A stretch of 64,000 bases of DNA. Origin: Patescibacteria group bacterium. GTDB taxonomy: Bacteria > Patescibacteriota > Patescibacteriia > UBA9570. Shown here one piece after another: positions 1 to 7,952 of this stretch (position 1 is its first letter; every line of letters begins with the position of its first letter). The notes beneath the pieces are model-generated. The model did not search any database and had not been told where the DNA came from. It was given only the letters and a program-made list of their open reading frames with translations. The stretch covers positions 11,103 through 75,102 of the forward strand of contig JBAYIY010000007.1 in the NCBI GenBank assembly GCA_041665365.1, in the 5' to 3' direction. Made by a program: the position numbers and the translations under genes.

Positions 1-15
1 GGGGTCAGTGTTTGG

Positions 16-1548
16 ATGCTTTATTTCAGAAATCCTGACACCATCACTAATGACAATAATATATTTCAAAGTAATGCTCAAGGTTTACAAGTAACGGCTG
101 AAGTTGATCCCGCTGGAGTTACTCAAGATATTTCTTCAGCCGGAGGCGAAATACAACTAGATTCATCAACTGATGCGGCCGCGACCCTAAACTTACCCGA
201 GCAAGCCTTAGCGGGTACAGAATCAATTAGTCTTAATAACATTAACACCTTAACCAATCTACCGTCCGGTATGGAGTTTGTCTTAGGTGTAGTGGTTGGC
301 CCAGATGGAACATTATTGGATAAACCCGCTACCTTAACATTGCCCGTACCGGCCGAGCAAAGCGCTAAAAATTTAGTCGGTTTTTCTTATTCCGGTGACG
401 GTAAAGATTTTCAGTTGTATCCTATAAGTCAAGACAATAATGTAGCCACACTGCAGTTAACTGGCTTTAGCGGTTATGGTATTTTGGTACTGCCAGATAA
501 CACGACCACACCACCGGCGCCGACCACGATTGAAAGGCAAGCCAAACAATATATTGCCAGCATTGTTTTATCATCCGGAAAAAAGACCGGCGGAGTAGAC
601 AGTGATCATTTGGGCAAAATCAAGAATATTTTAACCGGTTGGTTCAATGCTTCCGTTAAACCAAATTTAACCGCCGCCGTGACGGATGATAGCAAGCTTG
701 ATGCAGCCGTGCATGAATTTATTTCTTGGCAAGCTACGGTGCAGTGGTTTGGTTTAGATAGTTCATTTCAGACCGAAATTGATAAATCCCTCAATGATAT
801 TGCCACCGCTATCAATAACGCCAGTGCTAAAGCATCCAAACAGTGCACCACCGACAAAGATCCCACTCAAGCTGTAAAATTATTGCATTATTCCAAAATG
901 GTGCAGTTGTTGGGCTTGGAGGGGAAAGCCGGGGTGAGTAGTGATAAGATCAATCAAATGATTAAGGATTGTGTGAACTTTGAATTAAAGATCACCAGTC
1001 ATATTTCAATGTCGGCCTACGATACTATTTCTGAAATTGAAGCCTCCGGTACGGGGACAATTTCATATCAAGATAATATGAAGCTAGCCGGTAGTGCCGA
1101 AGTAACTGTCACGCGTAATCAAATCGTTACCATGAAACCATGTACGGCTAATGTACCGGAAACTTGGACACTGACAATTCCGGAATTTTCAATAGTCACG
1201 GCCAACACCGGGTCTAAATTTTCCATGCCTTTAGATTTAAGTTTGCCGGTGGATGGCAGTCTGGTCTGGGAATGTGGTGCCAGTTTACGCGATCTTGTGG
1301 CCGATGCCTCTGTGACCGATCCAAATAATGCCTGGGAGTTTGCTTTATTGCATGATGATGAACGTGTCGGTGCGCTGGGGGATCCGACTAGTTATGTTTT
1401 ACCCGATTGGGAAATGATTGGTAAAGGCGGTGTGTTTGCCAAAAAAGTTTATAACCGCACCGTGAATAATCCATTTGGGATTGGTAATGTGACCTATCAA
1501 GAGCAGACTACTTTCGAACTCATTCCAACTCCCAAGACTAGTAAATAA
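16..1548 (+). CDS. hypothetical protein; the frame is open back to position 1, so the 5' end may be truncated by the window edge
   Basis: 510-aa ORF with no stop upstream of its ATG within the window; no recognisable catalytic motif. Confidence 0.45.
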   Translation: MLYFRNPDTITNDNNIFQSNAQGLQVTAEVDPAGVTQDISSAGGEIQLDSSTDAAATLNLPEQALAGTESISLNNINTLTNLPSGMEFVLGVVVGPDGTLLDKPATLTLPVPAEQSAKNLVGFSYSGDGKDFQLYPISQDNNVATLQLTGFSGYGILVLPDNTTTPPAPTTIERQAKQYIASIVLSSGKKTGGVDSDHLGKIKNILTGWFNASVKPNLTAAVTDDSKLDAAVHEFISWQATVQWFGLDSSFQTEIDKSLNDIATAINNASAKASKQCTTDKDPTQAVKLLHYSKMVQLLGLEGKAGVSSDKINQMIKDCVNFELKITSHISMSAYDTISEIEASGTGTISYQDNMKLAGSAEVTVTRNQIVTMKPCTANVPETWTLTIPEFSIVTANTGSKFSMPLDLSLPVDGSLVWECGASLRDLVADASVTDPNNAWEFALLHDDERVGALGDPTSYVLPDWEMIGKGGVFAKKVYNRTVNNPFGIGNVTYQEQTTFELIPTPKTSK

Positions 1549-1564
1549 TTGTTATAATTATTTT

Positions 1565-1888
1565 ATGAAATACACACCAAAAACAGCCACCGGTAAATGG
1601 TCTATTGGCCTAATTATTCTTACGCCAATATTATTTTATATGGGCGGTTTATTATCTTCCACCATGTATAGTGGCGTGGCCGCTGGTAATTCGATTTCAG
1701 AAGATATCGCTAATCGACCGGTATTGGCATATTCAATGATGGCCGGAATGATTGCAGGCATCGCCGCTTGCGCTTTTGGCTTGTATGCCATTGTCAAGCA
1801 AAAAGAAACGGCGACGTTGGTTTATATATCCACTACCGCCGGTGCTCTGCTCATGTTATTTCTCATCGGTGAGCTGATTTTTTCATAG
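1565..1888 (+). CDS. small integral membrane protein (3 predicted TM helices)
   Basis: 107-aa ORF, hydrophobic stretches, 16 nt downstream of the previous gene. Confidence 0.4.
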   Translation: MKYTPKTATGKWSIGLIILTPILFYMGGLLSSTMYSGVAAGNSISEDIANRPVLAYSMMAGMIAGIAACAFGLYAIVKQKETATLVYISTTAGALLMLFLIGELIFS

Positions 1889-1890
1889 AC

Positions 1891-2109
1891 ATGATTATAA
1901 ATGTTCACGTCACACCGCGCGCTAAACGCAATGAGGTGAGCGCAGTTGATGCGACTCACTTTAAAATAAAAGTCACCGTGGTGGCCGAGAAAGGTAAGGC
2001 CAATGCCAAAGTGATTACATTCTTGGCCGAGCATTTAGGTGTGGCGAAAAGTTGTCTAGAGATAATAAAAGGGGAGACGAGCCGAGATAAAGTGGTACGT
2101 GTAATCTAA
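1891..2109 (+). CDS. DUF167 / YggU-family protein (UPF0235)
   Basis: 72 aa; VHVTPRAKRNEV...KIKVTVVAEKGKANAKVITFLAEHLGV...GETSRDKVVRV matches the conserved YggU pattern. Confidence 0.65.
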   Translation: MIINVHVTPRAKRNEVSAVDATHFKIKVTVVAEKGKANAKVITFLAEHLGVAKSCLEIIKGETSRDKVVRVI

Positions 2110-2354
2110 TGTTTGATCAATTTTATTATACCCAATAACACTACTGCACCGAGTAAAGCGACCAGGAAACTGTACCAGTTAAAACCAATGACACTACTTT
2201 TACCCAGCCAACTCATTAGCACTCCGCCAATGATTGCTCCAATAATGCCTACTACGATATTCAGTAGTAAGCCCTGTTGAGCGTTTGTACCCATAATCAT
2301 GGAAGCGATCCAGCCCACTAACCCTCCAAAAACGATCCAAAGCAATATACCCAT
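2106..2354 (-). CDS. GlsB/YeaQ/YmgE-family stress-response membrane protein (transglycosylase-associated protein family)
   Basis: 82 aa, two glycine-rich TM helices: GGLVGWIAS...VVGIIGAIIGGVLMSWLG. Confidence 0.7.
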   Translation of the reverse strand: MGILLWIVFGGLVGWIASMIMGTNAQQGLLLNIVVGIIGAIIGGVLMSWLGKSSVIGFNWYSFLVALLGAVVLLGIIKLIKH

Positions 2355-2453
2355 AGAATTAAAATAAATAATAAGTAGTTTAAGTCTACTCCAATTGATG
2401 TAATAATGCTAGGTTATTCTTAGCTGTTCTATATGATTATTTAGGGCATTCTG

Positions 2454-2951
2454 TTAGTTATATTGTCGCTGTGCGTTGAAAGAACCGCTCCAAGTACAAC
2501 CATCAGAGCTATGGACGTAAGTTCCTTTTATTCTAGTTTGTTTTATCCGACCTTTAATTAATCCATCCAAATAAGTTCCATCAGTAGGATAGATAAAGCG
2601 TACCCGATATTTGTCGTTTTTCTTAAACACTTTTCCCGACATAGCCATACGAGTTTCATCAAATGTCACAGCATTATTTGTTTTCAAGCCGCCCTTTTTC
2701 TTGAGATTAAGAGCCTGAATAATGATAAAACCAGTGTTACCAATATTTTCCGGTCGGCAAGGATCACTCGTAACTTCCCAGGTTCCGTTATAAGAATTTC
2801 CATTAAATCTTTGGCGTATAGACTTGGCTTTTGCCAGCCCTGGTGTTGTCAAAGAAATCGTTAAAGCACCAACAAAAATTGCCAGTAACACATGAGAAAT
2901 ATTTTTCATAAGTTTATTATTTAAGTAATTATTACTCATATTATAGCACAA
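2454..2951 (-). CDS. secreted hypothetical protein
   Basis: N-terminal signal-like segment ISHVLLAIFVGALTISLTTPGLA; two Cys. Confidence 0.45.
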   Translation of the reverse strand: MCYNMSNNYLNNKLMKNISHVLLAIFVGALTISLTTPGLAKAKSIRQRFNGNSYNGTWEVTSDPCRPENIGNTGFIIIQALNLKKKGGLKTNNAVTFDETRMAMSGKVFKKNDKYRVRFIYPTDGTYLDGLIKGRIKQTRIKGTYVHSSDGCTWSGSFNAQRQYN

Positions 2952-3146
2952 ACATATATCCTTCTGTACGTGAAGTTAAATATAACCAGTGGCATATTTT
3001 TTTGTCACTAAGCCCAAGCATTTAATGATAGTATTTGGCAGAATGTTGATTCTTGGGTTTATCAATTGCAGGATGCGGATATCAGTGAATTCAGTGATAC
3101 TGAATGTTGAATATATCAAGGCAGCTAAACTCGCTGCATATCTTAA

Positions 3147-3266
3147 TAAAATCACGCAGCAAGAATTTTCTATAATTCCATATCGAGCCGATCCAAATAG
3201 AGAATTAAATACGCATTAATAACCTAGCTGCGTAAGTAACTACTCGAAATGTACTTTTATGCAGGG
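3147..3266. repeat. copy 1 of a ~110-120 bp direct repeat (second copy at 4603-4713)
   Basis: AAAATCACGCAGCAAGAATTTTCT.TAATTCC.TATCGAGCCGATCCAAA.AGAGAATTAAATACG.ATTAAT.ACCTAGCT...TATGCAGGG shared at roughly 90% identity, with an 11-nt indel. Confidence 0.8.
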
Positions 3267-3443
3267 CAATCTTACATAGTTTTTCATTTCACCATGAGGT
3301 AGTTGCTCAGATAAGGCGTTAAAAAATCACGTTTATTGATTAAAGCTGGGGGTGGTTCAGTTGGATTTCCATTTGAGCTCCCTCTATAACATATAAACTA
3401 AGCTCGCCGAAAAAAAGTTGAGTTTTTTAAATATGATTTGATG

Positions 3444-4517
3444 CTAACCCACCGTGACGGTAGTGACGGCACTGGTAATCGTTTTTCCGTTATGACGGTA
3501 TTTTACTTTATACTTGGCAGTTTTCCTAGCTGTATATGTTTGCGTGTAATATCCTATCTCCGCAGTAGTTAAAGTATCAATTTTTGTATAACTAGTTTTT
3601 CCAGACTTTTTTTGCCAGACCGTAACAGTTTGATTCTGTTTCCCATTTTCAAGCCAACCGTATAAGCGGAATTGTTTACCCTTATTTAGTTCCGTCTTGC
3701 TGGCGGCCAAACTAATGGGCAATTGCTCCTGTACTGTTAACGTTTTGGTCACTGTAGTAGCCTTGGCACTTGGAGCAGTGGTTGCAGATTCAGAAAATAT
3801 CACATTGAGCTCAAACACAGCTCCTCCAGTCACTTCGGTAATATCTAAGGAAGCTTGATTGTCGCCGTCAAATACCGCCATGCCAGCCCAGGCTAGCTCT
3901 TGACCACTATATTCACTCAATAAATCCTTAATTCCATCTGGCATGAAAACGGTCATTGAACCAGTCTTACCTACTGGACCAACCAGTGAATAACCAAACG
4001 CCGGAGTGGCTTGATCTGGTGATGGTGGAATCAAGGCCCAATCTTGAACATTGGTGGATAGCCAAAAACCTTTCATTTCTTCCGGTGGACCATCTTCACC
4101 AGCGGCATTATCTGCTACACCAACTAATGCCACCACCGCGATATTCTCTGGACTGGAACTATCGGTAGGTTGCTTCATACCGGATGGCACAAATTGAACA
4201 GTATAGGTACCGGCATCAGCATTGTACACAGGCGGTGTATCCACGGACATAGTTGTGCCTGGTGCAACCACGCCAGCTGGTTCTTCGTCAACGGTAAACA
4301 CAGCGGTATATTCAACACCGTTAGCAATGTCTGCTTCATCAATCAGCCAGCCAGCCAACACCACCCGTTCCGGTGCGCCACCCATCATATCAGTAATATC
4401 CTGCTGTGGTGCTGGGCTGATGCTTTGTAGGTCGGCTGTAAACGCCCAACCCGACAATGGCAGCAACAAACTAACCCCAAGACCTAGAAAATATTGGAAT
4501 GATTTATTCATAAACAT
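3444..4517 (-). CDS. secreted hypothetical protein with a basic C-terminal ~90-aa domain resembling the C-terminus of the BNR-repeat protein at 4850-7105
   Basis: Signal peptide LGLGVSLLLPLSGWAFTA; its C-terminus (...KYKVKYRHNGKTITSAVTTVTVG) resembles that of the 751-aa protein (...KFKVRWTP...VVTVRVE). Confidence 0.5.
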   Translation of the reverse strand: MFMNKSFQYFLGLGVSLLLPLSGWAFTADLQSISPAPQQDITDMMGGAPERVVLAGWLIDEADIANGVEYTAVFTVDEEPAGVVAPGTTMSVDTPPVYNADAGTYTVQFVPSGMKQPTDSSSPENIAVVALVGVADNAAGEDGPPEEMKGFWLSTNVQDWALIPPSPDQATPAFGYSLVGPVGKTGSMTVFMPDGIKDLLSEYSGQELAWAGMAVFDGDNQASLDITEVTGGAVFELNVIFSESATTAPSAKATTVTKTLTVQEQLPISLAASKTELNKGKQFRLYGWLENGKQNQTVTVWQKKSGKTSYTKIDTLTTAEIGYYTQTYTARKTAKYKVKYRHNGKTITSAVTTVTVG

Positions 4518-4602
4518 TTTTGTGATTATTTTTTTATTAAGTAATTATATCCACAGTGTACTACATCTTATTATTTCTAACAATTTTTCGCTTTGTACGC
4601 TC

Positions 4603-4713
4603 AAAATCACGCAGCAAGAATTTTCTGTAATTCCGTATCGAGCCGATCCAAACAGAGAATTAAATACGTATTAATTACCTAGCTACTATTCGAGATGTAC
4701 TGCTATGCAGGGG
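4603..4713. repeat. copy 2 of the direct repeat; its right end overlaps the 3' terminus of tRNA-Trp
   Basis: See copy 1; ends in ...TATGCAGGG, which is the complement of the tRNA 3' acceptor end. Confidence 0.8.
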
Positions 4714-4778
4714 GTGCAGGAATCGAACCCGCCCTAATGGTTTTGGAGACCACTGTACTACCGATATACGAACCCCCT
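4706..4778 (-). tRNA. trnW: tRNA-Trp (anticodon CCA)
   Basis: Reverse complement reads AGGGGGT-TC-GTAT-ATCGGTAG-TAC-A-GTGGT-CTCCAAA-ACCAT-TAGG-GCGGG-TTCGATT-CCTGC-ACCCCCT-G-CA; cloverleaf with anticodon loop CU-CCA-AA, T-loop TTCGATT, near-identical in architecture to E. coli tRNA-Trp. Confidence 0.9.
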
Positions 4779-4849
4779 AGGTAAAATAATGAGCTAAAAC
4801 ACTATAACTAAAAAGCCCTAGTCTGTAAATCCCTCATTATTTATTACCG

Positions 4850-7105
4850 TTATTCGACGCGCACGGTTACGACGCGGGATAGACCGGCAGCATATTCTTC
4901 GGCTTTTTGGGCAGATGGTGTCCAGCGTACTTTGAATTTGGTTAAAGCGGTGACTGGTTTGTGCCAGCTAACGCGACCAGTGATGGAGGTTCTGGCAGAA
5001 TCAATTAATTTCCAATGGTTGGATGATAGTTTACGATATAATCTGACGCTTTGATGTTTTAACACGCGCCCTGTGGAAGCATCGGATAGTTTAGTGCGTA
5101 ATGTGACACGACTGTCGGTTGGTACGGTCAGGGTGGGCTTTCTGTGTTGATTAGCGCGTAAGGTCATTGCAGGTTTGGATTGCAACAGATAAATACCGCG
5201 ATCATTACCGGCGGTTAAACCATCGAACAATAAAGAGTAATATTGCTCACCGGTTAAACCGGTATAGTATAAGCCCCAGGTAGCACCGGCATCGGTGGAT
5301 TTATAGATTACAGCTTTACTGTTGGAGTCAGAGCCAGCTAAATATAGAGTAGAAGTATTTTGTAGAGTCAAAGCATAGAAGTTACTCAAGTCGAGTGCAG
5401 CGGTCAGTTCTGTCCAAGTGGTGCCACCGTCAGTGGTTTTATAGGCACCAACACTGCCACCACCTAAGGCATACATGATTTGATCGTTAGTTGGGTCAAG
5501 TAATAATTTGCGTATTTCTTCGCTCGGTGCACCGGATAATTGTGTCCAAGTAGCGGCACTGTATTTATAAATACCAACGCCACCGATGGCCGTACCACCA
5601 CTAGCACCAATTCCGGCAAATAAATCACCACTCTGATTCATTATTAAAGTTTGGACAGACAAATCATCTGGCACAACCAGGTCAGTCCAGGTTTCACCTT
5701 GATCGGTGGATTTTAGAACTAAACCGTGTTTATCTCGGTTCGGATTATTATTGGCGACAGCGGCGTAGAGAATAGTGTTATCATTTGGGTCAGCGATAAT
5801 ATCAGATACTTGCTCATCACAAGACACGGTGCCAAATAAAATGTTATCAGACCAGGTTGTACCACCGTCGGTAGTTTTATAGAGGAAACAAATACCACCA
5901 GCTAACACCGTATTCGGGGTTGCCGGATCCAACCAGACAGAGACACCGGCTTCACCGAGCATGGGGAATTGCCAGGTTGGAGCTGAGTCCGTAAAGTTTT
6001 CAGTTTTAGCATAACCATTATATGAGGCTGTCCAGACAATATCTTTATCCGTCGCTTGGACAATATCTGTCACCATTACACCAGTAATACCTAGATTTTT
6101 TGCTGTCCACGTGACACCACGATCAGTACTCTTTAATATACCAACTTGTCCGTCACCATATAAGACATCAATATCAAAGATATCAATCATTAGGTTGTGT
6201 TCCGGTAAACGGAGATGTTCCGTCGGAAAGGCTGTCCAAGTAACACCGGTATCATCGGAGTAATATGAACCAAGATAAGCTCGACCGGTGGTATCGAAGG
6301 TGGTGTTGATGGCATAAATATCGGCAATTTCAGACCAAGTGGCGCCACCATCAAAACTTTGACGTGCTAAATAATCAAAACCGCCGGCTAAAACTAAATG
6401 TAGTGGATTAGTTGGATTCACAGCTAATTCTTCAGACGATGAGGTGTCGGAAATATCGGCAAAAGTATACAACAAACTCCAGGTTGCACCATTGTCGGTT
6501 GAGCGATAGACGATTGGATTAGTTTCATCTGTGTTATTACCCACCACATAAAGAGCCGCATCGGCTGATGAATAAGCCATGTTCCAAGCGGCGAAGTTAT
6601 CGGCGATGTTTACAACATCAAAACTAACACCATTGTCAGTACTGATATTTAAGGTCGCCCCCTCAGTGATTTCGAACAGGCGGTCGTTGGCATATAACAA
6701 TACTCCGGCTGAAGTGTCGGAAATTTTTTGCAAGGTAACACCTTGATCGATGCTGCGATACAGCGCATTCGCGAAAGCCACAAACACAATACCGGTCGCA
6801 GGATCAACTTCAACACTCAAACTAGTACTATAATCTGATCCGGCCGGTACGCCCACCCAATTATCACCGTCATCAGTCGAATAAAAAAAACCATTTGGGG
6901 TATTATTAGCCACCGCGTAGAGAGTATCCGTAATTGGATCTTGCGCCATGTCCCAAACGCTGCCGCCATATAAACCTAAATTAGTGGCGATACTTTGTTG
7001 CTGTTGATCGTCAACAATTAAATCTTCAGCTTGGGCAGTTTTGAGCATACCACTGCCCAACACTACACTAAGCAAACTTACTAAAAATAATATTCGTCTT
7101 TTCAT
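4850..7105 (-). CDS. secreted BNR/Asp-box repeat protein (sialidase-like / Ycf48-like beta-propeller fold)
   Basis: Signal peptide; at least 7 Asp-box motifs S/T-x-D-x-G-x-T-W (STDNGATW, FDGGATWS, STDRGVTWT, TTDGGTTWS, STDQGETWT, TTDGGTTWT, STDAGATWG). Confidence 0.7.
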   Translation of the reverse strand: MKRRILFLVSLLSVVLGSGMLKTAQAEDLIVDDQQQQSIATNLGLYGGSVWDMAQDPITDTLYAVANNTPNGFFYSTDDGDNWVGVPAGSDYSTSLSVEVDPATGIVFVAFANALYRSIDQGVTLQKISDTSAGVLLYANDRLFEITEGATLNISTDNGVSFDVVNIADNFAAWNMAYSSADAALYVVGNNTDETNPIVYRSTDNGATWSLLYTFADISDTSSSEELAVNPTNPLHLVLAGGFDYLARQSFDGGATWSEIADIYAINTTFDTTGRAYLGSYYSDDTGVTWTAFPTEHLRLPEHNLMIDIFDIDVLYGDGQVGILKSTDRGVTWTAKNLGITGVMVTDIVQATDKDIVWTASYNGYAKTENFTDSAPTWQFPMLGEAGVSVWLDPATPNTVLAGGICFLYKTTDGGTTWSDNILFGTVSCDEQVSDIIADPNDNTILYAAVANNNPNRDKHGLVLKSTDQGETWTDLVVPDDLSVQTLIMNQSGDLFAGIGASGGTAIGGVGIYKYSAATWTQLSGAPSEEIRKLLLDPTNDQIMYALGGGSVGAYKTTDGGTTWTELTAALDLSNFYALTLQNTSTLYLAGSDSNSKAVIYKSTDAGATWGLYYTGLTGEQYYSLLFDGLTAGNDRGIYLLQSKPAMTLRANQHRKPTLTVPTDSRVTLRTKLSDASTGRVLKHQSVRLYRKLSSNHWKLIDSARTSITGRVSWHKPVTALTKFKVRWTPSAQKAEEYAAGLSRVVTVRVE

Positions 7106-7181
7106 AAAAAATGGTTTTAAGGCTTTTTTAATATTATTAATACATAAAGCATAAATCTGTTCATGAGATTAGTCAATTATT

Positions 7182-7210
7182 TTGCGATTAATGTATAACT
7201 AAGGTATAGT
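7182..7210 (+). promoter_or_regulatory. candidate sigma70-type promoter (TTGCGA-17-TATAGT) ending 6 nt before the ATG at 7217, implying a near-leaderless transcript
   Basis: Hexamers and spacing read directly. Confidence 0.3.
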
Positions 7211-7216
7211 CTGGTT

Positions 7217-7816
7217 ATGTTAGATGTCATCATTATTTTAGGGAAAGGCTTAACGGCTGATGGCACATTACCAGAGATTGTGCAGCATGAGATTGATTAT
7301 GCTTTAAACCTTGCTAAACCAATTATATTTAGTGGTGATTATTGGGGATTGTGTCCAAATCCAGCTCGTACCACTGAGGCTGAAGCCATGAAAAAGTATG
7401 CTCAAGGCAAAATGCTAACACCAGTACAGTTATATTGTGAAAATAAATCAAAAGACACCATCGGTAATATTATTTTCAGTAAAAAGATTATTGATCAAAA
7501 TAATTTTAAGAATATACTGATATTATCAAGTTTTGATCATATCAAAAGGGTACAATATATTTGTGCACAGGTGTTTAAGAACGATTATGATATTAAATAT
7601 CATGGTCATCAGCACACTTACACCGTTTGGCAATACTTTCATACTAAACGTTACGAACAAATTGCATATTATTATGCTCAGTATTTTTTCTGGAAACTAA
7701 AACGATATCAACCCCAAAATTTGGTGCAGTATGTTTGGCAGCATCATTTTATGTATCGTAATAGCCTTGTGAAAAGGATACTAACTAGTTTAGCGAAACG
7801 ACCGCTACACAGATAA
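7217..7816 (+). CDS. DUF218 / YdcF (ElyC/SanA)-like protein
   Basis: VIIILGKGL..DG....IVQHEIDYAL......IIFSGDY...E.EAM..Y...........ENKSKDTIGNI matches the DUF218 core. Confidence 0.55.
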   Translation: MLDVIIILGKGLTADGTLPEIVQHEIDYALNLAKPIIFSGDYWGLCPNPARTTEAEAMKKYAQGKMLTPVQLYCENKSKDTIGNIIFSKKIIDQNNFKNILILSSFDHIKRVQYICAQVFKNDYDIKYHGHQHTYTVWQYFHTKRYEQIAYYYAQYFFWKLKRYQPQNLVQYVWQHHFMYRNSLVKRILTSLAKRPLHR

Positions 7817-7821
7817 AGAAA

Positions 7822-7950
7822 CACCTCCCCAACCCTCCTATCGTAGGAGGGAGTTAAGAAATTATCTTAATATTTATCCTACCCTTCCTACAATAGGAAG
7901 GGTGCCCGAGTCATCGAGGGCGGGATGGTGTTTTCCTGATTGGAGGTGTT
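7822..7950. repeat. dispersed repeat family B copy: two GC-rich hairpins CCCTCCTA-TCG-TAGGAGGG and CCCTTCCTA-CAA-TAGGAAGGG, with a GGATGGTGT tail, between convergent genes
   Basis: Related copies at 40492-40612 and 42760-42902, and a partial copy at 20768-20824. Confidence 0.75.
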
Positions 7951-7952
7951 CT

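Noticed and set aside
2989-3219. ORFs 2989-3219 and 4222-4674, which end in near-identical peptides
   Set aside because: The shared C-termini are translation of the 115-bp direct repeat. Neither ORF has protein-like features, and 4222-4674 is antisense to a confident secreted-protein gene.
3300-3440. tRNA-like fragment GCTGGGGGTGGTTCAGTTGGA in the spacer left of the 357-aa gene
   Set aside because: Only a D-arm-like stretch is present. No anticodon or T arm can be drawn, so it is probably coincidental.
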